From: an uncultured candidatus Porisulfidus sp. | Lineage (GTDB): Bacteria > Pseudomonadota > Gammaproteobacteria > Poriferisulfidales > Poriferisulfidaceae | NCBI GenBank assembly: GCA_965199755.1 | Contig: CBDASZ010000001.1 | Span: forward strand, 326,178 to 390,177 | DNA length: 64,000 nt | Reading direction: 5' to 3' | Part shown: one piece after another, positions 1 to 10,276 of the stretch | Layout: the number at the start of each line of letters is the position of its first letter | Numbering within the stretch: the first letter of the stretch is position 1 | Notes under the pieces: generated by a model | What the model was told of the DNA's origin: nothing | The model's database searches: none | Seen by the model: only the letters and a program-made list of their open reading frames with translations | Translations under genes and position numbers: made by a program

Positions 1-459
1 GAAGATCGGGTCGACGTCGCGGTCTTGCAAGGGTTCAATGATGGGGGTGGCTTCTTCCGGCGGCAGATCGACGACCAGTACACCGTCGACGCCGACGCGG
101 GCGGCGTGGTCAGCGAAGCTGTCCGCACCCATCGCCACGATCGGGTTGCAGTAACCCATCAGGATGATCGGCGTGTCGGCATCACGGTTGCGGAACTCCG
201 CGACGGTGTTGAGCACATCGATCAGGCTCACGTCATGTTTGAGGGCGCGTTCACAGGCGGCCTGAATGACCGGGCCGTCAGCCATCGGATCGGAGAACGG
301 CACTCCCACTTCCAGCGCGTCAGCGCCGTGGGCGACCAGCGTGTGCAGTAATGGCGCGGTAGTGTCTGGCGCGGGGTCTCCGGCGGTCAGGTATGGGATC
401 AGCGCGGTGCGTCCCTGTTCGCGCAACTGCGCGAAGCGTGTGGCGATTCGACTCACGGT
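1..459 (-). CDS. trpA: tryptophan synthase alpha chain, C-terminally truncated by window edge; GTG start overlaps trpB stop
   Basis: Own translation of minus strand from 459 gives [28 protein letters not shown]...[18 protein letters not shown]..., a typical TrpA N-terminus. Sits directly downstream of trpB with GTGA overlap. Not in ORF table because it starts with GTG and runs off the window. Confidence 0.8.
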
Positions 460-1663
460 GTCAGTTCGTCGAGGCGGGTTACGGTGTCGAGATCCTTGTC
501 GCCACGACCCGACAGGTTAACCAGCACGATGGAATCTTTTGGCATGGTGGCGGCCTGCATGGTGGCGGCCGCGACGGCATGGGCGCTTTCCAGCGCCGGG
601 ATAATCCCTTCGGTGTGCATCAGCAAATGAAAGGCGCGCAAGGCTTCTTCGTCGGTGGCGGCGGTGTAGTCGACGCGGCCGCTGTCTTTGAGGAAGGCGT
701 GCTCCGGCCCAACGCCTGGATAATCAAGACCGGCAGAAATACTGTGCGTACCCTGAATCTGCCCAGCCGCGTCCTCCATTAAATAAGTGCGGTTGCCGTG
801 CAGCACGCCGACGGTGCCGCGGGCCAGCGGCGCGGCATGCGCTTCCGTGTCGAGTCCGCATCCGCCGGCTTCAACGCCGAGCATGCGCACCTCGCTGTCT
901 TGCAGGAACGGGTGGAACAGTCCGATGGCATTGGAGCCACCGCCGACACAGGCGATCAGCAGGTCCGGGAGGCGTCCGGTAGCGTCACGCATTTGTTCAC
1001 GCGCTTCGCGCCCGATGACGGACTGGAAGTCACGCACCATTTCCGGGTAAGGCGCGGGTCCGGCGACACTGCCAATGATGTAGAAGGTGTCCTCGACATG
1101 GGTGACCCAGTCGCGCAAGGCTTCGTTCAGGGCGTCCTTGAGGGTCTTGGAGCCGCTGTTGACCGACACCACGGTCGCGCCAAGCAATTTCATGCGCGCG
1201 ACATTCGGGGCCTGCCGCTCAATGTCTTCGGCACCCATGTAGACCACGCACTGCAGTCCCAGACGCGCACTTACGGTGGCGGTGGCGACGCCGTGCTGGC
1301 CGGCACCGGTCTCGGCGATGATGCGCTGCTTGTCCCAGCGTCGGGCCAGCATCGCCTGTCCGATGGTGTTATTGATCTTGTGCGCGCCGGTGTGGTTCAG
1401 GTCCTCGCGCTTGAGCCAGATCTGGGCACCACCGACCTCGCGGCTGAGCCGCTCGGCGTAGTACACCGGTGACGGCCGTCCCACGTAATGCTTCAGGTCG
1501 GCCTCAAAGGCCTGCCAGAAATCGGTGTCTTGCTGGACTTCACGGTATAAGGCGGTCAGTTCATCCAGTGGACGAATCAGGGTCTCGGCGACGTAGCGCC
1601 CGCCGTATTCGCCGAAATGGCCGTCGGCATCGGGACTGGTGGGTGTGTTAACTGACACGACGC
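453..1663 (-). CDS. trpB: tryptophan synthase beta chain
   Basis: ORF 453..1790 contains [14 protein letters not shown]...[16 protein letters not shown] (PLP lysine motif). Likely GTG start at 1663 ([20 protein letters not shown]), overlapping trpF end. Confidence 0.9.
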
Positions 1664-2268
1664 ACCTCCTGAATGAATGCGCGCATGCGTTCAGGATCCT
1701 TGCGGCCCGGAGCGGATTCCACACCACTGCTGACATCGACCGCCCAAGGCTGACATTGCGCGATCGCGTCGGCCACGCAGTCGGCGTCAAGCCCGCCGGC
1801 CAGAATCAGAGGTCTGGGGTCTTCGCTGGTGACGGCATCCCAGTCAAAGGCTTCGCCGCGACCGCCCGCTTCACCGGGAAGGTGGCTGTCGAGCAGGAAG
1901 CCTCGGGCGTTGGGATAGGTTTGCTGGGCCTGTTGCAGGGCTTCCGGGTTGTGCATAGAGACGGCGCGAATCCACGGCCCTCGGAAGTGCGCGCATAGCG
2001 TTGGGGATTCGTTGCCATGGTACTGGACCAGATCGGGGCGCAGTTCCGCACTCAGGCGATCCAGAAAGTCCGTCTCCGGGTCCATCACGACCGCGCAGGT
2101 GCTAACGAATGGGGGCAGGACATCGCGGATGGTGCAGGCCTGTTCAATGTCGAGGTGACGGGGACTGGGCGGATGAAAGACCAGCCCGATACAGTCGGCA
2201 CCGGCGTCAGCGGCGTCGGCGGCGTCTTGCGGTGTGGTGATACCGCAGATCTTTACACGAACATTCAT
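1648..2268 (-). CDS. trpF: phosphoribosylanthranilate isomerase
   Basis: [31 protein letters not shown]...; typical TrpF length (206 aa); operon context truA-trpF-trpB-trpA. Confidence 0.85.
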   Translation of the reverse strand: MNVRVKICGITTPQDAADAADAGADCIGLVFHPPSPRHLDIEQACTIRDVLPPFVSTCAVVMDPETDFLDRLSAELRPDLVQYHGNESPTLCAHFRGPWIRAVSMHNPEALQQAQQTYPNARGFLLDSHLPGEAGGRGEAFDWDAVTSEDPRPLILAGGLDADCVADAIAQCQPWAVDVSSGVESAPGRKDPERMRAFIQEVRRVS

Positions 2269-3065
2269 GAGTCAAAAGAGCAGGTGCGGTAGTCAGGAAT
2301 CCACAGCGGCTGCGGAATGTTGTATTCCGAAGGATAGTGTACGCGCACCAGATACAAACCATCGGGAGGTGCCGTGACACCGCCGGCGGTGCGGTCGCGC
2401 GCGTGCAGTAATTCGCTGATCCATTTTATCGGTTGCTGGCCATCACCGACGCACATCAGCGAGCCAACCAGAATGCGAACCATGTTGTGCAGGAAGCTGT
2501 CGGCTTCCACATCCAGGTGCACAAATGGGCCATGCGCCGCGATATTGAGGCGGTGCAGGGTGCGTGTGGGATTCTTGGCCTGACATCCGGCGGCACGAAA
2601 ACTGCTGAAATCATGCGTGCCGAGAAGGGCTTGCGCGGCCTCTTGCATGCGCGCGGCGTCAAGTGTCTTTGGGGTGCGGCTGACGCGGTGGGTCAGCAGG
2701 CCGGGAGCGCTGCGGCGCTGCAGCAGGATATACCGGTAGTGGCGTCTGATCGCCGTGTGGCGGGCATGAAAACTGTCTGGCACGGGCTGCACCCAGCCAA
2801 TACTGATGGTCGGGGGGAGGTGCGACCCAGCCCCGCGCTGCCAAGCGTGTGGCGTGCGTTCAACTTCGGTGTCGAAATGAATGACTTGACCGGTCGCGTG
2901 CACACCGCTGTCGGTACGGCCGGCCGTGGTGATCTGAATGGGTTGATACGCGACTGCGGAGAATGCGGTTTCTACCGCGTCCTGAATGCTGGGCGCATGA
3001 GTTTGGCGCTGCCAGCCACTGAAGGCGGAGCCGTCGTATTCAACGCCACAGGCAAAGCGCGTCAT
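2265..3065 (-). CDS. truA: tRNA pseudouridine(38-40) synthase
   Basis: MTRFACGVEYDGSAFSGWQRQ...TAGRTDSGVHATGQVIHFD; conserved TruA N-terminus and catalytic Asp region. Confidence 0.85.
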   Translation of the reverse strand: MTRFACGVEYDGSAFSGWQRQTHAPSIQDAVETAFSAVAYQPIQITTAGRTDSGVHATGQVIHFDTEVERTPHAWQRGAGSHLPPTISIGWVQPVPDSFHARHTAIRRHYRYILLQRRSAPGLLTHRVSRTPKTLDAARMQEAAQALLGTHDFSSFRAAGCQAKNPTRTLHRLNIAAHGPFVHLDVEADSFLHNMVRILVGSLMCVGDGQQPIKWISELLHARDRTAGGVTAPPDGLYLVRVHYPSEYNIPQPLWIPDYRTCSFDS

Positions 3066-3225
3066 GGTGTGGGTAATGGGGCAAGGTGTGTGGTGCCGGG
3101 ACTGAGCAGGCTTTTCATGGGGCAGTCTTGAGATTTAATAGAAACTATACCAGCATGTATCTGGCATTAAGCACGGAGGTGTCGGGATCAAGACTGGGTG
3201 TATTTGAATGGGACTTATATACATA

Positions 3226-3255
3226 ACTTGACAGAGCCTTGAAATGCTATACAAA
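3226..3255 (+). promoter_or_regulatory. candidate sigma70 promoter (TTGACA ... TATACA) for plus-strand porin copy
   Basis: TTGACA at 3226-3231 and TATACA about 14-16 nt downstream, in the A+T-rich intergenic region between truA and the porin gene. It overlaps the table ATG at 3239, which argues the real start is the downstream in-frame GTG at ~3267. Confidence 0.3.
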
Positions 3256-3266
3256 GCCTGAACAGG

Positions 3267-4787
3267 TGATTTTGATTTGTAAGATACAATTTCTAATTGC
3301 TTTGGCGGTCGCGGTCGCTCCGTTGGCAGCCCAGGCAGAGACCATCAACCTCTACGGCTGGCAAAACCATTCGTGGGAGTTTGTGGATATTGATGGTGGA
3401 CGCAGCTTTGATCGCATTCAGTCGAATGCTGGGCAACATCGGCTTCAGCCGCCAGTGTCGACACCGGCATGAACGGCATCAAGGTCAACTTGCAGTGCGA
3501 GCAGTTCACGTTCTACAACCGCTTACAACCACTTCGCGGGCGGCACCGGCTGGTGCAACCGTAACTCGAAGATCGGTCTGGCTCACCCGCAGATGGGTGA
3601 GATCATGTTCGCCACCTGGCTGCTGCCCTACAACGAAGGCGTAGCGCAGTGGGTTGACCCGTTCTACGATGCCGGCGCGGACTCGCATACCAGCATCATG
3701 GGTTCCGTAGGGCCAACACCATCTTCTATAACAGGTTCTGGTCAGCAGCCTCCGCCTCATCTACAACAGGTTTGATGGTTCCGGACAATAGTTTTTGAGA
3801 GGATTTCCTGCACTACGAGCACTGGCTTCAATCGTCGCCAGGAGAACATCATTCAGTACTGGTCACCGAACTGGAACGGTTTTGTGTTCCGGTTTGCGTG
3901 GACGGTCGGCACCCGGGATGAAACAGCCGCACCGGTCGGTGGTGGTGAAATCGACCCAGTAATTCGTTCCAGCAGTCTGGCCTACACCAATGGCCCCATG
4001 TGGCTGGCCGTCACGTGGCAGGATCACGAAGACTGGACTGCAGCTTCAGTCGGTGAGATGGCTTCTTCGGATGCTGAAAGCTGGCGTCTTGCCGGTCGCT
4101 ACATTGCCGATCTCGGTGATGGCATGAGCGTTCAGATCTCGGCCATGTACGAAGATCTCGAATATGAGTTCAATGGAGTCAGCAACTTTGATGCTGCTAT
4201 GGGTGCTTTCGGATATGGCAATTCGATGAGCTATACCGGCATTAGCCCATCTTCTCGTGCCGATGTCTTTCGTACTCAGCGTACAGGAAGTGGTTCCTCG
4301 AACTATTGTCTGGTGCCGATCGGTCTACTTGTGAGGGACACAGAGATTGCGGCAACGACATGGCGAAACAAAAACTGGAGTATGAACACCAGGTACTGAG
4401 GCTGGCATGGCAAAGTTGTATCGCTGGCACGTCGCAATCATGCGACCGCAGGCAGCAATGTAACGGTCGAACGCGAGGCCTGGATGATTTCCGGCAAGAT
4501 CAAGTTCGGCGGTCCGGTTGACTTCCGCTTCTCCTATATGGACGCGGATGATCTGGAGGTTTCCTGCAGCGTTTGCTCAGGCGACTGGGATAACACTGCT
4601 GCCGATGCGTGGAACGTAGGCATGTTCTACACCATGCCGGCCGGTACGGAACTGCGTCTGACCTATTCCGAAGTCGACAACGACGCAAACGGAACCTATG
4701 GTCAGGGTATTTCCGGCACGGGGCTTGGCTCAGCGCGGAGGTGAAGTTGAAATGTTCGCACTCGGTATCGTGCACTGGTTCGACTAA
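3267..4787 (+). pseudogene. outer-membrane porin (Gram-negative general porin-like), expressed-type copy with signal peptide, reading frame interrupted several times
   Basis: Signal peptide (M)ILICKIQFLIALAVAVAPLAAQA|ETINLYGWQNHSWEFVDIDGG (AQA cleavage site, TxNLYG porin N-terminus). C-terminus ...EVEMFALGIVHWFD*. Coding signal is spread over >=4 frames: 3267-3472, ~3440-3562, 3593-3775, 3776-4744 (one in-frame TGA at 4397-4399), 4740-4787. Cannot distinguish real decay from assembly errors in a repeat. Confidence 0.5.
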
Positions 4788-4820
4788 TCCGATTAGTTGA
4801 TCTATAACCGGCATACAAGA

Positions 4821-4848
4821 CAGGCGCCCTTCGGGGCGCCTGTTTTTT
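4821..4848 (+). terminator. rho-independent terminator (aggcgccc-ttcg-gggcgcct + T6)
   Basis: Perfect 8-bp GC-rich stem with tetraloop followed by TTTTTT, directly after the plus-strand porin stop. Confidence 0.7.
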
Positions 4849-5057
4849 ATGAGTTCGCTTGCTGATACCTTGGTACGAGCAGCACATATTTAAGATCAGA
4901 ATATACGTTTGAATTGCAACAAGAAGGGGACAATTCCTTTTTTACTGCCTGTGCGGACTTCTTGAAAGAGAAGGGCCTATTTCTCCGCGCGAGCAGATAT
5001 TTCTCAATAGCACAATTTTATGAGGTCTGAGCGTGTTCACCAATACGCTTGAACAAC

Positions 5058-5085
5058 AAAAAACAGGCGCCCCGAAGGGCGCCTG
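5058..5085 (-). terminator. rho-independent terminator, mirror image of the 4821-4848 hairpin
   Basis: A6 + aggcgccc-cgaa-gggcgcct on the plus strand is a T-run hairpin terminator on the minus strand, directly after the minus-strand porin copy stop. Flanking bases ataaccggc..acaagacagg are also conserved in inverted orientation. Confidence 0.7.
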
Positions 5086-5115
5086 TCTTGTTAAGCCGGT
5101 TATTGATTGATGCAA

Positions 5116-6547
5116 TCAATCGAACCAGTGCACGATGCCGAGAGCAAACATCTCAACCTTTAACACCTGCAGTACCCAGACCCGTACCGGAAACACCCTG
5201 ACCGTAGGTTCCGTTTGCGTCGTTGTCAACTTCGGAATAGGTCAGACGCAGTTCCGTACCCGCCGGCATGGTGTAGAACATGCCTACATTCCACGCATCG
5301 GCAGCAGTGTTATCCCAGTCGCCTGAGCACGCGCTGCAGGAAACCTCCAAATCATCCGCATCCATATAGGAGAAGCGGAAGTCAACCGGACCGCCGAACT
5401 TGATCTTGCCGGAAATCATCCAGGCCTCGCGTTCGACCGTTACATTGCTGCCTGCGGTCGCATGATTGCGACGTGTAGCGTGTTCTCCGTTTTGAGCCGC
5501 CATCATATTCTTGAACTCAGTCTTTTGTTTCGCCATGGGGTTGCCGCAAAGTGCATCATCAGGTAGATCCTTCGGCACCAGACAACCCGTTTTGCCACTT
5601 ATTGCTATGCGATAGTCGTAACTGGAACTTGAATCGTCGCTAACGCTGTCATAGCTCATCGAATTGCCATATCCGAAAGCACCCATCGCGGCATCAAAGT
5701 TGCTGACTCCATTGAACTCATACTCAAGATCTTCGTACATGGCCGAGATCTGAACGCTCATGCCATCACCGAGGTCGGCAATGTAGCGACCGGCAAGACG
5801 CCAGCTTTCAGCATCAGAAGAAGCCATCTCACCGACTGAAGCTGCAGTCCAGTCTTCGTGATCCTGCCACGTGACGGCCATCCACATGCGGGCCATTGGT
5901 GTAGGCCAGACTGCTGGAACGAATTACTGGGTCGATTTCACCATCACCGACCGGCTGTTTGAAACTTTCGTTTCGTCCCGGATAGCCGGGCGTCCAAGCA
6001 AACCGGAACACAAAACCGTTCCAGTTTGGTGACCAGTACTGAATGATGTTCTCCTGGCGACGGTTGATAACTGCCGCTTGTGCCTCTCGCGAATCCCGGA
6101 TTGTAGTAGGCTTGACCAGAACCTGCGCCCACGCCTCCCATGATGCTGGTATGCGAGTCTGCACCGGCATCATAGAACGGGTCAACCCACTGCGCTACGC
6201 CTTCGTTGTAGGGCAGCAGCCAGGTGGCGAACATGAATTCACCCATCTGTGGATGAGCCAAACCGATCTTGGAGTTACGGTTGCACCAGCCGTGTTGCCG
6301 CCCGCGAAATCCGTGAAGCGGTTGTAGAAGGTGAACTGCTCGCACTGCAAGTTGACCTTGATGCCGTTCATGCCGGTGTCCATGCTGGCGGCTGAAGCCG
6401 ATGTTGCCCAGCATTCGACTGAATGCGGTCAAAGCTGCGTCCACCATCAACATCGACAAACTCCCACGAATGGTTTTGCCAGCCGTAGAGGTTGATGGTC
6501 TCTGCCTGGGCTGCCAACGGAGCGACCGCGACCGCCAAAGCAATTAG
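5116..6547 (-). pseudogene. second, inverted paralogous copy of the porin gene; 5' end (promoter + signal peptide) absent; frame interrupted several times
   Basis: Reverse complement of 5116-6547 aligns with 3288-4787. Identical blocks include ...LIALAVAVAPLAAQAETINLYGWQNHSWEFVD..., ...QYWSPNWNGFVFRFAWT..., ...AVTWQDHEDWTAASVGEMASSDAESWRLAGRYIADLGDGMSVQISAMYEDLEYEFNGVSNFDAAMGAFGYGNSMSY..., ...EMFALGIVHWFD*. Homology ends at 6547, where the upstream sequence diverges and has an in-frame TGA and no start or signal peptide. Pieces lie in ORFs 5153..5896, 5829..6185, 5944..6543, 6195..6383. Confidence 0.5.
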
Positions 6548-6638
6548 AAATCCGCTTCTACCTGCAACCAGAACCTGCTCAAAACTGGCCCATCATCCCT
6601 GTCGCAATTTGACTTTTCGAGACTGCAAGAATTGAGAA

Positions 6639-8090
6639 TCAGCGCAGCGCGCGAAAACGCCGCAGGGCCTCATCTCTCCCGGCCGCGAGGTCCAGCACGG
6701 GGAAAGGATAGTCTCCTCCCAAAGTCACTTCGGCCTGCTGCAAAACAGGTGCTGGAGCGCGCCAAGGCTCATGGATATGCCGATCAGGCAGTTTCGCGAG
6801 TTCGGGTACCCAAGTGCGCACATACTTGCCTTCGGGGTCGAAGCGACTGCCTTGTCGGACAGGGCTGAACATCCGAAAATAAGGCGCAGCATCCACGCCG
6901 CAACCAGCAGTCCACTGCCAGCCCATGGTGTTGTTGGCCAGATCCGCGTCCAGCAGGGTGTCCCAGAACCAGCGGGCACCTTCCAGCCAATGCACCAGCC
7001 CGTTCTTAGTTAGCACTGAAGCCGTCAGCATGCGAATCCGATTGTGCATCCAGCCGGTGCGCCAGAGTTGCCGCATCCCGGCATCCACCAGTGGAATTCC
7101 GGTTTGACCCAGTGTCCATGCTGAGAAAAGTTCAGGGTTACGCTCCCAACTAAAAGCATTGAATCGCTCGTCGAACGGTTGTTCGGCAGTATGCGGCAGG
7201 TGGTACAGGATATTACTAGCGAACTCCCGCCAGATTAACTGGCGCAAATAGGCATCCGCTCCATGAGTGACATCTATGGTATCTCTGCTATCGCAAGTCG
7301 CTTCCAGCACCTCGTGCCACACCTGTCGGGCAGACACTTCTCCGAAATGCAAGTGTGGTGACAGACCCGACACACCGTCTTCATAAGGGAGATCGCGTCT
7401 GCTGCCGTATTCAGCGATTGCGTCATCACCAAGGAAATCGCGCAACCTAACCATGGCCGCCTTTTCTCCCGGTTGCCAGTACTCAAGGAATTCGCGATGC
7501 CAGTTAAGCGGTGACATCAGACCCAGTTCCTCCAGAGGAACGGAGCGAACCCCCTGAGGCAATGGTGGGAGGGCATCAGGGCTCGCCGCAGGGCGCGCCT
7601 CCGGGCCAGTCAGCAGGTAGCGCTTGTAGAACGGGGTGAAGACCCGATAAATGCCGCCGTCATCCTTCAGCACAGTCCCCGGTTCACGCAGCAAGGAGCC
7701 GGGACAAGTACGCACTTCCGCACCCGCGTCGACCAATGCTTTCTCAACAGTCTCATCCCGGGCCCGAATGACAGGTTCATACCGCCGATTCCAGCACACC
7801 AGCGCAGCCTTGTTTTCACGCACAACTTCCGCCAGCACTTCCTGACTGGATCCCATACGAATCACCAGGCCCGATCCCTTTTCCTGAAGCGTCATGCTCA
7901 GAGATGCGAGACTGCGGTGCAACCACCATTTTGAGGCGGCTCCAGGCTGCCACGGAGCTTCTTCATCGGGCGCGTGAATGTAGAGAGGAATGACCCGCTC
8001 AGCACGATCCAGAGCCTCCAGCAGCGCCGGGTTGTCAGCGAGTCGAAGGTCGCGACGGAACCAGATAATAGCCGTGTGATACCTAGACAA
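6639..8090 (-). CDS. phrB: deoxyribodipyrimidine photolyase / cryptochrome family protein
   Basis: MSRYHTAIIWFRRDLRLADNPALLEA... N-terminal photolyase domain; C-terminal FAD-binding WxxGxxGxPxVDA-like region (WQWTAGCGVDAAPYFR). Confidence 0.85.
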   Translation of the reverse strand: MSRYHTAIIWFRRDLRLADNPALLEALDRAERVIPLYIHAPDEEAPWQPGAASKWWLHRSLASLSMTLQEKGSGLVIRMGSSQEVLAEVVRENKAALVCWNRRYEPVIRARDETVEKALVDAGAEVRTCPGSLLREPGTVLKDDGGIYRVFTPFYKRYLLTGPEARPAASPDALPPLPQGVRSVPLEELGLMSPLNWHREFLEYWQPGEKAAMVRLRDFLGDDAIAEYGSRRDLPYEDGVSGLSPHLHFGEVSARQVWHEVLEATCDSRDTIDVTHGADAYLRQLIWREFASNILYHLPHTAEQPFDERFNAFSWERNPELFSAWTLGQTGIPLVDAGMRQLWRTGWMHNRIRMLTASVLTKNGLVHWLEGARWFWDTLLDADLANNTMGWQWTAGCGVDAAPYFRMFSPVRQGSRFDPEGKYVRTWVPELAKLPDRHIHEPWRAPAPVLQQAEVTLGGDYPFPVLDLAAGRDEALRRFRALR

Positions 8091-8283
8091 ACCCGCTCCT
8101 CAATGGCATGGCTGTGGATTATTTCGAGTCGATTTCCCCAATAATTAAGGGATACGCCTGTATGGCGCGCACTCCCGTCTCATTGTTGCTTAACGCCGAA
8201 TACATATCAGAAACGCCAGGAAATTCTCTCCCCAATATCCAGATTATTGCTGCCAGTTGCATGTATTTCTGTGCGATCAATCG

Positions 8284-8307
8284 GTGTCTCATTACAGAAT
8301 GAGACAC
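8284..8307. promoter_or_regulatory. perfect 10-bp inverted repeat gtgtctcatt-acag-aatgagacac in mtdA/phrB divergent intergenic region
   Basis: Seen directly in sequence ~95 nt upstream of the mtdA-like start, in an A+T-rich 310-bp divergent promoter region. Candidate dimeric regulator operator. Confidence 0.3.
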
Positions 8308-8402
8308 GGCTATTCCAGCGTACCCGTGGTTGTATGTAGGATAATGACACCCGGGTTTCGCGCCGTTTGCCGATTTCCTCCCTAATACCCTCACTGAACA
8401 CC

Positions 8403-9266
8403 ATGAAGAACCTGCTGATCTACCTCGATACGGACGCGCAGCCGTCCGCGTTTGATCAGGTTGTCGCCCATGACGCCGGCGCCGACGCGGTGTTGGCTTA
8501 TGGCTCAGTGACCCCGGAAAACTGCTTCCCTCTGGTCGAAGGCGCGATCTACACCCGTGCGCCCAAACACAAGCACCATACCGCTATTCTGGTCGGCGGC
8601 AGCAATCTGGACCACGCGCAAGCCGTGGAGGATGCCGTGCGCGGTCAGTTTTTTGCTGACTTTCGCGTGTCGGTCGGACTTGACGCCAATGGGTGCAATA
8701 CCACCGCGGCGGCCGCCGTCGCCACGCTGGGAGGGGCGCATCCGCTCAAGGGATCCCGCGTGGTGGTGCTGGCGGGCACCGGTCCGGTGGGACAACGCGC
8801 AGCGCTACTGTTCGCCCAAGCCGGAGCCAAGGTGTACTTAAGCTCACGCAAACTGGAGCGGGCCGAACAGGCGTGTGACGCCATCGAGCACCGTTTTGGG
8901 GCTTCCGTGTTTCCGGTTGCGGCGTCAACTGCCGACAGCACAGCCGATGCCATTGAAGGCGCGGCGGTGGTTTTGGCAACCGGTCAGACGGGCGTACAAC
9001 TCTTGCCCGGAACCGTTCGTGTGAACAGTTCCGCGTTGCGCGTGGTTGGAGACGCCGGCACCTGTCCGCCTCTGGGAGTGGAAGGGCTGCAACTCCAAGA
9101 CAAGGGGCGAGAGGATGAAGGGGTGTTGCTGTATGGCGGACTCACCATCGGTGCGCTCAAACTGCACACGCAACGTGAAATGATCGCGCGACTATTCGCA
9201 CGCAATGATCAGTTCTGGGACGCCCCGGAAATCTTCGCGCTCGCCCAAACTCTATACAACGCCTAG
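8403..9266 (+). CDS. mtdA: NAD(P)-dependent methylene-tetrahydromethanopterin (H4MPT/H4F) dehydrogenase, MtdA/MtdB family
   Basis: MKNLLIYLDTDAQPSAFDQVVAHDAGADAVLAYGSVTPEN...GAIYTRAPKHKHHTAILVGGSNL...FRVSVGLDANGCNTTAAAAVA...VVVLAGTGPVGQRAALLFAQAGAKVYLSSRKLERA matches my memory of Methylobacterium MtdA along the full length (~288 aa). Start chosen at MKNLL (8403) rather than table ATG 8367. Confidence 0.75.
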   Translation: MKNLLIYLDTDAQPSAFDQVVAHDAGADAVLAYGSVTPENCFPLVEGAIYTRAPKHKHHTAILVGGSNLDHAQAVEDAVRGQFFADFRVSVGLDANGCNTTAAAAVATLGGAHPLKGSRVVVLAGTGPVGQRAALLFAQAGAKVYLSSRKLERAEQACDAIEHRFGASVFPVAASTADSTADAIEGAAVVLATGQTGVQLLPGTVRVNSSALRVVGDAGTCPPLGVEGLQLQDKGREDEGVLLYGGLTIGALKLHTQREMIARLFARNDQFWDAPEIFALAQTLYNA

Positions 9267-9307
9267 TACGAGCTGGCTCCATCCGGCGCCCTGCATTCCT
9301 GTCGGGC

Positions 9308-9976
9308 TCACAGGCGTTCGCGCAGGGCTAACTCCGCGTCAATGTTCTCAATGCGCGTCTGCAATTCCGCCATGCGATAACTTTCCGTCAACGCATCGCG
9401 CGCCTGCTCGACCACCGCGTAATGCTGCTGCAGCGCCAGTGTGTATTGGCCCAACAGCGTATCCGGGTCTTTCTGGTCTTGCTGCATGCGGTCCCGAATG
9501 TCCTCGTTTTCGCGCAGCGTGTTCATCACCACCACATAACTGACACCCAGCCGAAAATCGTACGGTTTGTAACTTTGCAAGGTGGTGATATTCGGGCGCA
9601 ACTCTTCGATGATTCCAGACAGGGTCGCACGAAAGTTCATCATGTCTTCCGCCAGTTCCGCATCGATCTCGTACAGATCAATGAATTGCGGGATCAACTC
9701 CAAAATCCGTACGCGCTCTTCATCGTACTCCAGCAATGCCTGCAGCAACTGCGCTTCCATTTTTTCCGGCGGAGCCGGATTTTCGTCCGGCACCTGACCG
9801 GCATACACCGCCCGGTGCTGTTTCAGTTCCGTGGTGTTCAGTTCCTTCAGCGATCCCATCGACGGGAGCTGAGGCACATCAATCATCGGATGCACCGGTT
9901 CGCTCTCCGCAAGTAGCGGTGTTCCGTAAACTGCCAGCACTGCACTCAGCAAGGCGGCAGACACATGGGGTCGCAT
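9308..9976 (-). CDS. hypothetical secreted protein (signal peptide + acidic coiled-coil-rich region)
   Basis: Internal start MRPHVSAALLSAVLAVYGTPLLAESEP (signal peptide) preferred over the table start at 10222. Remainder is acidic/helical (EEL..LEYDEERVRILELIPQFIDLYEIDAELAEDMM). No family recognised. Confidence 0.45.
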   Translation of the reverse strand: MRPHVSAALLSAVLAVYGTPLLAESEPVHPMIDVPQLPSMGSLKELNTTELKQHRAVYAGQVPDENPAPPEKMEAQLLQALLEYDEERVRILELIPQFIDLYEIDAELAEDMMNFRATLSGIIEELRPNITTLQSYKPYDFRLGVSYVVVMNTLRENEDIRDRMQQDQKDPDTLLGQYTLALQQHYAVVEQARDALTESYRMAELQTRIENIDAELALRERL

Positions 9977-10276
9977 GATTTGGGTACCGGAAAAATATGC
10001 AGGCAGTATACCGGAATCCGCCATCCCTCCACAACGAGCCTCCCGCCGCATCCTGCATTCCCGACAGTCGACCGCTCTCGCAGCAATCCACCCCAAATAC
10101 CCCGACACAAAAAATTCCCCATATATTTCAAAATGCAAGACACTCATTCTGCGCAATTTCCAGCCGCCTCCACACGCCTCACAAACCGTCGCACTTGCAA
10201 TATGCCAAGCGAACAGGAACAATAAGCACCTGAATCCCGCGTGTTCGCCCGCGACTCTGTCTCGAAACCACGGCCG

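Noticed and set aside
25-351. Plus-strand ORF 25..351 (108 aa) and 266..782 overlapping ORFs
   Set aside because: Antisense to trpA/trpB, which have clear homology on the minus strand; no recognisable motifs; GC-rich antisense frames commonly stay open.
798-1472. 224-aa plus-strand ORF inside trpB
   Set aside because: Entirely antisense to a well-supported trpB; Ala/Gly/Arg-rich composition typical of spurious high-GC ORFs.
3239-3266. Table ATG start (3239) of plus-strand porin copy
   Set aside because: It falls between the candidate -35 and -10 elements and gives an atypical charged n-region; the in-frame GTG at ~3267 yields a conventional 24-aa signal peptide.
4849-5057. Spacer between the inverted porin copies considered as an invertible promoter (phase-variation switch)
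   Set aside because: Each arm ends in a terminator pointing inward, so the spacer lies downstream of both genes and could not drive either copy. No recombinase gene in the window and no short inverted repeats flanking just the spacer.
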